A DNA stretch of 64,000 bases, from contig CAZCNN010000001.1 in the NCBI GenBank assembly GCA_964500505.1, positions 2,621-66,620 on the forward strand, given 5' to 3'. Source of the DNA: an uncultured Bdellovibrionales bacterium (GTDB lineage: Bacteria; Patescibacteriota; Minisyncoccia; Moranbacterales; UBA1568). The stretch's first letter is position 1, and each line of letters opens with the position of its first letter. Both the position numbers and the translations under genes were made by a program. The notes beneath the pieces are model-generated. The model was not told the origin of the DNA, searched no databases, and saw only the letters and a list, made by a program, of their open reading frames with translations. This document shows positions 56,839-64,000 of the stretch, piece after piece.

Positions 56839-57774
56839 ATGAATAAAAACCTCCTAACGCTCGGGAAAGTGGTGGTGACGCTCGGACTGGTCTACTGGCT
56901 CATTGTGCGGGTGGACTGGGTAGGGGTGCGCCATGAGCTCTCGGAAGTGTCCTACGCGCTACTTTTTCTCTATGTGGTGTTCCAGCTCACGGGGAACATC
57001 ATCTCGGCCAGGAAGTGGCAAATTATCGCTTCCTATAAGGAGCTCCATTTTAGTCTCAAGGAGGGATTCTTTACCTACCTCACTGGGGCTTTCATCAACA
57101 ATTTTCTCCCATCGACCATCGGGGGCGATGCCTATCGGGGTCTGTGGCTCGCCAAGCGCTCCGGGGCGCGAGCGGCCGCGCTGTCGACCGTCGTGTTTGA
57201 TCGGTTTATCGGACTCTGGACCACAGCCCTCTTGGCGCTCGTCTTCAGTTTTGTCCTCTGGTCACATATCGCGACTAGTCTCCCACTCCTTGTCACTCTG
57301 GTCGCCCTCGTAGGCTTTTTGGTTGTTGATCTCGTGGTGACCTACCTCTACTGTCAGAGTTGGTTCCAGGGGTATGTGGCGCGGATTCCTTTCTTCAAAC
57401 TGCGACGCTTTCTTGAGGAGATAATTTTTTATACCCAAAAGCACCTCTGGCTCCGGACCAGTCTGTGGTCGAGTCTCTTTGTGTTCGTGGGGCTGGGGCT
57501 ATCGAACTATACGCTTTTTCATGCGCTCGGAAGCGAGATCGCGTTTCTGCCATTTTTCTCGGCTATCCTCCTCGTGGCAATCGTGTCCAATATCCCAATT
57601 TCGATCAATAACATCGGCATCAAGGAATGGGCCTATGTCACTTTTTTTGGTCTCATCGGAGTCTCTATCGAAACGGCCGTGACGGCAGCCCTCCTCTCCC
57701 GATTTATACAGATGTTTCTCTCGTTCATCGCTTTACCACAGTACTTGAGTACCAGGAGGAACGAAGAAGAGTAA
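56839..57774 (+). CDS. UPF0104/LPG-synthase-TM-type 'flippase-like' membrane protein
   Basis: Eight TMs are predicted. The N-terminal VVVTLGLVYWLIVRVDW and FINNFLPSTIGGDAYRGLWL motifs are typical of this family. Confidence 0.55.
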   Translation: MNKNLLTLGKVVVTLGLVYWLIVRVDWVGVRHELSEVSYALLFLYVVFQLTGNIISARKWQIIASYKELHFSLKEGFFTYLTGAFINNFLPSTIGGDAYRGLWLAKRSGARAAALSTVVFDRFIGLWTTALLALVFSFVLWSHIATSLPLLVTLVALVGFLVVDLVVTYLYCQSWFQGYVARIPFFKLRRFLEEIIFYTQKHLWLRTSLWSSLFVFVGLGLSNYTLFHALGSEIAFLPFFSAILLVAIVSNIPISINNIGIKEWAYVTFFGLIGVSIETAVTAALLSRFIQMFLSFIALPQYLSTRRNEEE

Positions 57775-57819
57775 TATGTGGTACAAAAAAGCAGACCGCC
57801 TTGTCTGCTTTCTTTTGCT

Positions 57820-60099
57820 TTAGTATGTTTCTTTGGGGTCAAAGGGGAAGACTTTCACGTAGTGCGAGGGTCGCTTGTTGATATCTATTTCGTAGACCGG
57901 GTTCTCACGGTCATAGTAGCGATCGAAGCGGATGATGCCTGGCTTGTTATTGGCGATGTCGCCTGCCATCATCTTGCCGGTGCGACTCTGGCGCCCGGCG
58001 GAAACGACGATATAGTCGAGTCCACGCTCACGGAGGGTGAGGTAACTCTGACTACTGGAGCAGCGTCCAACAAAGAATTTGCAGACCCCGTCCTTATCTG
58101 TCCAGATGAGCATGTCCTTGGCACCGGGGAGAGAATTGAGGTAGGTGGCTGCCTCATAGCTTCCGGCACCCATATCTTTGACATCGGTGTGGTAGCGTGC
58201 GGCGAGAAATGAAGAGGCGTAGGAGAGTGGGAAAGGCGTGGTGATGAGGGTGAGTGTACCGAGTACCAAGAGGATGAGTGCTGTGCTCACAGGAGTCGGG
58301 GCGTTCTTTAGCTTGAAAGAGTGGTGGCCATGGGCGAGGAGGTACTCGATCGTGATGCCGGCGATGATCGCGGCAAGGGGGAAGAGAATAATCTGGTAGC
58401 GGACGATAGCAGCGACGTTATTCACCGTGGTGCCGAGGTAGTAGAGGAGGATAAAGATAATGAGGTAAAACGAGGTGCGGAGAGCATCGGATTCGTTCCA
58501 GTGTTTGCGGAAGAAGAGGAATGGTATGAGGAAGAGCGCCACGAAGACCATCGGGGTGACACCAAAGATAAAAGGATAGAAGTTGGTGAGAAAGATGCCA
58601 ATAAAGTCGCTCTGACCGGCAATGGTTTTGGGGGAAGAGAGGAGCTCAGAAAATGAGTAGAGGGGCATCCCTGACCAGGTGTTGCCGACGGTGACGAGGA
58701 GAGCGAGGAGAAAGACGCCACCAATGAACCAGGCGAGGTACTGCTTGCCTCGGGCGAGAACCGAGAGGATGCCCGTGGTGAGGCGAGAGCGGCTCCACCA
58801 TTGATCGAGGAGAATGACGAGGAGGATGATACCAAAGAGTGGAGCGACTTTCTCAAAGGCCTGGCTCAAGAGTGTGGAGGTTACGACCTTGTAGGGCTTG
58901 ATCCATACCGCGGGAAAGAGGAGATAAAACGTGGTGAGCGCTGCAAAGGCAAGGAGAGCGAGATGCTTGAGAGAGCGCTTGAGGTAGAGGGCAAAGGGGA
59001 CGACAGCATACTTCGCGTGATAGAGATACTCGAGAAAAATGAGACCAAGGAAAAAAACAAAGAGGATGTTTGAGACATATTTGGTGAGGAGCGCGAGACC
59101 GAGGAAGATGCCAGCAAAGATAAGGTAGCGGTACGAACCACGCTTTTGAAACACCAAGTAGGAGAGGAGAGAGAGCGGGGTAAAGAGCCAGAGGAGGGCG
59201 TCGGGATTGATGATTTTTGACATGCCGATCAAGATCGGGGAGGTGGCGATGAGGACATAGGAGAGGAGGGCGCTTCGCCTCCCGAGGAGTCGCTCGAGAA
59301 AAAAGTAGTAGAGTGGGAGAAGGAGCGTGATTACGATGAGAAGTGGGAGACGATAGGCGAGATAAAAGCTCTCAACGTCGTTCTTGAGACTAATGACTTC
59401 GCCACCGACGTGAGCGGTTTTGTAGTCCTTGGTACCCTTAAACCAGAGCGCCGGTCCGGTAGCGAGGGCGACGGTAATACCGGGCTTGTCGCTAATATTG
59501 GTACCTTTCCAATCACGCTCACCGATATTTTTCCAGTACCGGGCGATGCGACCATCAAACCAGAGTGGTTCATCGACGGCAGCATACTCAGTCAAGCGAT
59601 ACATGCCGGTCGAAAAGAAAAGACCGGTGGCAAAGAGAATAACGAGAAGAGTGGGAAGCCCCTGGGCGCGCCACCAAGCTCGAGGCGTGAGCGCGTCACG
59701 GTCTCGCTCTTGCTCGGCGCGTTCCCGACTGATAAAGATGGCTGAAATGAGCGCACCAGCGAGGATAACATAGAGGCCGAGACCGATGAGGAAGATATAG
59801 TGAAAATTTTTGGATTCGGACAGACCATAGGCCAAAATAGTGGCGCTGGGGAGCCACATGAGGAGGAGAGTGGTACCAGATTTTTCCGAAAAGAGTACCT
59901 CGCTAAAATATGCCACCGCGCCCAGGGAAAGTATGCCAAACATAAGAAAGCCGATATAAAACGGCGTGTTGGTCATGCCAAAATCAAGAAGAGTCAGAAG
60001 TTTGGTCTGAGGAGCAATAAAGAAGAGGGTGACGAGTGATCCAAAAACTGTCAGTGCGGTGTAGTAGCGCTCCGCCTGATCCTCAAAAAATGTGCGCAT
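57820..60099 (-). CDS. GT-C superfamily membrane glycosyltransferase (PMT/ArnT-like)
   Basis: It is 759 aa with about 13 TMs and a C-terminal periplasmic domain. The periplasmic loop after TM1 contains DEPLWFDGRIARYW, reminiscent of the ArnT/PMT DE motif. Confidence 0.6.
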   Translation of the reverse strand: MRTFFEDQAERYYTALTVFGSLVTLFFIAPQTKLLTLLDFGMTNTPFYIGFLMFGILSLGAVAYFSEVLFSEKSGTTLLLMWLPSATILAYGLSESKNFHYIFLIGLGLYVILAGALISAIFISRERAEQERDRDALTPRAWWRAQGLPTLLVILFATGLFFSTGMYRLTEYAAVDEPLWFDGRIARYWKNIGERDWKGTNISDKPGITVALATGPALWFKGTKDYKTAHVGGEVISLKNDVESFYLAYRLPLLIVITLLLPLYYFFLERLLGRRSALLSYVLIATSPILIGMSKIINPDALLWLFTPLSLLSYLVFQKRGSYRYLIFAGIFLGLALLTKYVSNILFVFFLGLIFLEYLYHAKYAVVPFALYLKRSLKHLALLAFAALTTFYLLFPAVWIKPYKVVTSTLLSQAFEKVAPLFGIILLVILLDQWWSRSRLTTGILSVLARGKQYLAWFIGGVFLLALLVTVGNTWSGMPLYSFSELLSSPKTIAGQSDFIGIFLTNFYPFIFGVTPMVFVALFLIPFLFFRKHWNESDALRTSFYLIIFILLYYLGTTVNNVAAIVRYQIILFPLAAIIAGITIEYLLAHGHHSFKLKNAPTPVSTALILLVLGTLTLITTPFPLSYASSFLAARYHTDVKDMGAGSYEAATYLNSLPGAKDMLIWTDKDGVCKFFVGRCSSSQSYLTLRERGLDYIVVSAGRQSRTGKMMAGDIANNKPGIIRFDRYYDRENPVYEIDINKRPSHYVKVFPFDPKETY

Positions 60100-60182
60100 A
60101 GCAATGTTGCGAGACAGTTAAAAATATCGTAAAATAAAGGAAAGTTTACCCTCATCCTAGCGTAAAAAGTGAAAAAAAGGAA

Positions 60183-61979
60183 GTGTCTTCCCATCTCTCT
60201 CGCAAACTTGTCATTTTGCTTCTCCTCGTCATTATTGGCTTGGGATTTTTTCTCCGTGCGTATCATTTTTCCCCATGGCTCCATTTTGAGCTCGATCAGG
60301 CGCGGGATGCTCGCATCGTGGATGATGGTCTCCGAGGTGACTTCTTGGATTTACCACTTCTCGGGCCCAAGGCAGGAGGGACATCACTACGACTTCCTCC
60401 AGCGTTTTATTATTTGGAGTATGTGAGCGCCCGAGTCTTTGGTGGTACGCCGGCGGGGATAGCGACCCTTGGTATGCTCCTCTCGGTCGCGAGTATCGGG
60501 GTCTTTTTTCTCCTGTTACGCCGGTACTTTCCGACAGGCATGAGTCTCGGACTGACGCTCCTTTTTGCGGTCTCGGAGTATTTTGTCATGTATGGCCGTT
60601 TCGCCTGGAATCCCAACCTCATACCATTCTTTGTGCTCCTCGGTACGTACGCGCTTCTCCGAGCGGTTGATCATGAGACGTCACATCGGGGGAGATGGTT
60701 CATCCTCTCGAGTGCGAGTATTGCGCTTGCCATGCAGTTTCACTTTTTGGCTTTTGTATCACTGCCAGTGATAGCCGGCCTCTTTCTTCTCGTACGACGA
60801 CCGCATTTTTCACTCCGGGCTTGGGTAGGAGCACTCCTCGTGGCTCTTTTCTTCTTCTTTCCGATGTTTTTGAATGAATGGGAGACCAGTTTCGCCAATA
60901 GTCGAGCCTTTGTCTCAGCCGTGACCGAAAAGTCAACCAAAAAAGATTATTCTTTGGCGGAGAAGGGTATCAAGGTATTTTCGGAGCATGCACTCTACGG
61001 CCTCGTTGTGACGACCGGCTTTGAACGCGCAACCTTTCCCAAGATTGTGCTCGGGACCGATGAAGGGGAAGTGATCGGATGGGCCTGTGATGCCCGTTGT
61101 GACGCTGGTAAGTGGTATGGAGTTCTCTCGGTCGTCGTCCTCGGGCTTATGGTCCTGTCACTTCTAGTCCTCTGGTATCGCGAGACGATACAGAAGCACC
61201 GTGATTTCCTCCTCCTTGGAGCTCTCTGGTTTGGGGTGACGCTCCTTGTGTTTACGCCACTTGCCTATGATATGGTACCGCGATTTTTCCTTCTCTCGGG
61301 ACCACTCTTCTTGGTGTTTCTGGGACTCCTCTTTGTCCTCTTGGGGCAGTGGTGTCATCGCAAACGAATCGTAATGAGTCTCTTTCTTGTGGTGATGGCA
61401 TCCCTTGCCGTGAGTAATCTGGTGTCGCTCGCGGAGCGCTTCGAGGAGTTGTCGCTCGCGAGTACGGTAGCCGTGGATAGTCCGCCTGATCGCATCTTGA
61501 AGGAGCGGATTCGTGTGACCCTCGAACAACAGTATCAAATCATCGGATTCCTCCAAAGTCGTTCGGAAGAAATGGGGTATCCGGTCTATATGTGGAGCGA
61601 ACCACAGTACCGGCGGGCGCTCAAGTACCTCCTGGAGCGGCAAGGGGTACAAAATGCCGTACTCGGATTTGATGGTATCTACAAAGAGGGGGTGTACTAT
61701 ATGATTCTCCGCACTCAGTCTGATATCGACGATGCACTCAAGAAATACCGAGCGAGTTATGACATTGGCACGACAACATCCTTTGGGACACTGGTCGCCG
61801 TTGAGCTTTTCCCCAAGCCTGAAGCTATAGAGAAAGTGCGCCAGGATTTTTCGATTGTGAAGCCCAATGATTCGCAGGGTCTGCCGCGCTATACTTGGCG
61901 GGAATTCTTTGGGCGACAAGGGGCCTCATCAGCCGAACCAGATGCATTCGATGAAGAAAACATTGACGAAGATAAATAA
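60183..61979 (+). CDS. GT-C superfamily membrane glycosyltransferase (PMT/ArnT-like)
   Basis: A GTG start is used. About 11 TMs and a C-terminal soluble domain are predicted. It is a paralog of the neighbouring GT-C genes. Confidence 0.55.
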   Translation: MSSHLSRKLVILLLLVIIGLGFFLRAYHFSPWLHFELDQARDARIVDDGLRGDFLDLPLLGPKAGGTSLRLPPAFYYLEYVSARVFGGTPAGIATLGMLLSVASIGVFFLLLRRYFPTGMSLGLTLLFAVSEYFVMYGRFAWNPNLIPFFVLLGTYALLRAVDHETSHRGRWFILSSASIALAMQFHFLAFVSLPVIAGLFLLVRRPHFSLRAWVGALLVALFFFFPMFLNEWETSFANSRAFVSAVTEKSTKKDYSLAEKGIKVFSEHALYGLVVTTGFERATFPKIVLGTDEGEVIGWACDARCDAGKWYGVLSVVVLGLMVLSLLVLWYRETIQKHRDFLLLGALWFGVTLLVFTPLAYDMVPRFFLLSGPLFLVFLGLLFVLLGQWCHRKRIVMSLFLVVMASLAVSNLVSLAERFEELSLASTVAVDSPPDRILKERIRVTLEQQYQIIGFLQSRSEEMGYPVYMWSEPQYRRALKYLLERQGVQNAVLGFDGIYKEGVYYMILRTQSDIDDALKKYRASYDIGTTTSFGTLVAVELFPKPEAIEKVRQDFSIVKPNDSQGLPRYTWREFFGRQGASSAEPDAFDEENIDEDK

Positions 61980-61993
61980 TTGTTTATAGAGTT

Positions 61994-63520
61994 ATGCGTA
62001 TCACCTGGAAGCAAACATGGCAGTGGCTCCTCGTAATCGTGGTCCTCGGGCTGGGCCTCCGGCTCTACGGTATCGGTACCAATTCATTTGTCGCGGATGA
62101 GTTCCTCGATATCAACTCAAGCTACGGCTATTTCCAGACGGGCACCTGGAAGGCCTGGGATTTCAACTTTGGCGTGCCAGCCGTGATGAATGAAAATGAT
62201 GCTCGCGATGAGCGCGCTTTTGTCTACAAGTGGCAGGTCGCCACACTCTTTCATTTTGTGTCACCGACGGAGGGCCATGCTCGACTGGTGAGTGTCGCCT
62301 GGGGTGTCATCTCGATTTTCGCCATGTTTTGGGCAGGTTATTTCTACACCCGTAAGAAATCGATTGGTCTCATCGCTGCTATACTCTTTGCGGTCAGTAT
62401 CTCAGCGATTATCTTCGATCGGCGCCTCCGCATGTATGCGATGTTTTTTCCGGTATACCTCGCTTTGGCCACAGTACTCTTTGCGCTCTTTGAGCGTGAG
62501 TATGAGGGCAGGATAGCCTGGTTACGGCGGGTGTGGGAACGCTATGGCCTCAACATCACGCATGCGCTGCCACTCCTTGCTCTCGTGATTCTCGGCGCGC
62601 TCGTACATGGACTCTCTCTCAGTGTGATACCGGTCTTTGGGGTGTATGCGCTCGTGATGATGGTCCGTACGTGGCGAGAGGAAGGGCGTCTCATGACCAA
62701 GTATGGAGTAGTCGTACTTTTGGGCATCCTTGGTGCCATTGGTGCTATCTTGTTTGCACCACAGTTGGTGCGTCTGGCTCTCGGCAGTGTCGTCTTCTTT
62801 GACGACCACTACTCATACTTTGGTTATGTGCTCCGCGATTTTGCTCATCCGCTCTTGGGTGCCCTCCTTATCCTCTACGGTATCCGAGTGACCTGGAAGC
62901 GTCTCGGCTTGACGCGTGAGGCACTATGGCTCGCTCTCTCCCTTTTGGTGCCTCTCGCTATGGCCGTATGGCTCTGGCGACGCAATGCTGGTCCGCAGTA
63001 CATATTTTTTGTGCAGTCGTTTGCTCTCCTCCTCACTTCTATCGGAGTGTATGGCTTGGCCAAGCTTGTGAAAGAACGCTTTTCAGATTGGGGGCAACGG
63101 GGTCTCTTGGGAGTATTCCTCCTTTCGATGCTCCTCCTCCCGAACTGGGGCTATTTTCTTGAGGAAAACAATACCTACCATGAGACTTCATCTGGGGGCA
63201 ATCCGAATTATCGAAAGGTGTTTGACTATGTCAAGAAAAATAAATCAAATGAGGATGTGATTATCACTCGGAATTTCCGGAACTACTATCTCTCTGGCGC
63301 CAAGATGCCGGTCTACGACTTTGGCGGAGAACTGTCGGAGAGCAAATTTTCGCTAGTGGAACTGGAGACTATTGTAGGCAAGCACCCGCACGGCTGGGTA
63401 GTCCTCTCGACCAATGACTATGACTATATCTCGCGCGACGCTGAACTATATATCAAAAAGCGTATGGAGCTCGTGAGTAATGCCCAGGTCCGTGGTGCTA
63501 TCGAGGTCTACCGCTGGTAA
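61994..63520 (+). CDS. GT-C superfamily membrane glycosyltransferase (PMT/ArnT-like)
   Basis: The loop after TM1 reads VADEFLDINSSYGY (a DE-type motif). About 11 TMs and a C-terminal domain are predicted. Confidence 0.6.
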   Translation: MRITWKQTWQWLLVIVVLGLGLRLYGIGTNSFVADEFLDINSSYGYFQTGTWKAWDFNFGVPAVMNENDARDERAFVYKWQVATLFHFVSPTEGHARLVSVAWGVISIFAMFWAGYFYTRKKSIGLIAAILFAVSISAIIFDRRLRMYAMFFPVYLALATVLFALFEREYEGRIAWLRRVWERYGLNITHALPLLALVILGALVHGLSLSVIPVFGVYALVMMVRTWREEGRLMTKYGVVVLLGILGAIGAILFAPQLVRLALGSVVFFDDHYSYFGYVLRDFAHPLLGALLILYGIRVTWKRLGLTREALWLALSLLVPLAMAVWLWRRNAGPQYIFFVQSFALLLTSIGVYGLAKLVKERFSDWGQRGLLGVFLLSMLLLPNWGYFLEENNTYHETSSGGNPNYRKVFDYVKKNKSNEDVIITRNFRNYYLSGAKMPVYDFGGELSESKFSLVELETIVGKHPHGWVVLSTNDYDYISRDAELYIKKRMELVSNAQVRGAIEVYRW

Positions 63521-63527
63521 CGCGCAT

Positions 63528-64000
63528 ATGACTACATACACAAAAGACGGATTAGGACTCCGTGATGTCAAGTGGAGAAAAGTCGTTGGTATCGCGGTGT
63601 GCAGTGTGCTTGCTATATGGATCCTGATTGAGGCGACACTCTTTATCCAGTCGATACGGGCACGGGCAGAGGAACAGGGGACACTACTCAAGATTGGTTT
63701 CAGTCCGGATTGGGAGTATGGCGGTCGCAAAAAGCTTGCTCACAAGTTGACCAATCGAGCTCCGGGTGAACTCGAAAAGGTAGTAGCATATATGAATGAC
63801 GTGTATCAGCCCGATATCGTGGTGGGGGGCGGCGACTATGTGGAAAGCTCTGGAGTAAAGCCTGAAAAAGCCAAAGAGCAACTCCTACTCATCAATAGTA
63901 TTTTCTCAAAACTGCACGCGCCAAGATTGTATGCGATAGGCAATCATGATATGCGTTCGCTCACGAAAGCCGAAGTACTCGAAATCCTCGGTTTGTCCGA
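63528..64000 (+). CDS. Membrane-anchored metallophosphoesterase (calcineurin-like), 3'-truncated by window end
   Basis: An N-terminal TM is followed by VVGGGDYVE and GNHD phosphoesterase motifs. Confidence 0.5.
   Translation, partial: MTTYTKDGLGLRDVKWRKVVGIAVCSVLAIWILIEATLFIQSIRARAEEQGTLLKIGFSPDWEYGGRKKLAHKLTNRAPGELEKVVAYMNDVYQPDIVVGGGDYVESSGVKPEKAKEQLLLINSIFSKLHAPRLYAIGNHDMRSLTKAEVLEILGLS

Noticed and set aside
1-64000. CRISPR arrays, tRNA genes, rRNA genes, transposase or integrase genes
   Set aside because: No regularly spaced direct repeats, no cloverleaf-compatible intergenic segments, and no ORFs with DDE or tyrosine-recombinase motifs were seen in this window.

Overview
This 64-kb window is gene-dense, almost entirely protein-coding, and has no obvious SD on most genes, a very large complement of glycosyltransferases and small versions of housekeeping enzymes. 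My inference is a small-genome bacterium, possibly Patescibacteria/CPR-like; I cannot confirm taxonomy from sequence alone. It has four parts. (1) An envelope/division cluster (1-7.6 kb): a VirD4/TraG-like ATPase with a Pro-rich tail and CxxC zinc ribbon, an FtsB/DivIC-like protein, a parvulin PPIase, an HtrA protease with an inactive HtrA paralog beside it, and a 520-bp non-coding gap. (2) A housekeeping block (8.5-16.3 kb): truD, proS, pyrH, ispH, a GT4 and an ABC-F ATPase. (3) A large surface-glycan region (about 16.4-63.5 kb). It holds five GT-C (PMT/ArnT-like) membrane glycosyltransferases, about ten GT4 and four GT2 enzymes, a polyprenyl-phosphate sugar phosphotransferase, a Wzx flippase, UDP-glucose dehydrogenase, UDP-sugar epimerases/dehydratases, an AsnB-type amidotransferase and two sugar methyltransferases. 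Its most unusual element is a four-gene module at 32.6-35.9 kb: a SIS isomerase, an RPE-like epimerase, a fused nucleotidyltransferase/APH-type kinase and a KdsC-type phosphatase. Its enzyme logic mirrors the ADP/GDP-heptose pathway but with non-orthologous enzymes. The core of this region (about 26.8-52.9 kb) has markedly lower GC than the rest. (4) Smaller items: an RNase P RNA gene (about 24.48-24.87 kb) with its own consensus promoter; three short GC-rich islets each carrying one orphan gene with a strong SD; two four-helix-bundle protein genes each bracketed by short inverted repeats; and repeated short intergenic motifs. There is no CRISPR array, tRNA or rRNA. All functional calls come from motif recognition in the translated ORFs. 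No database search was run.
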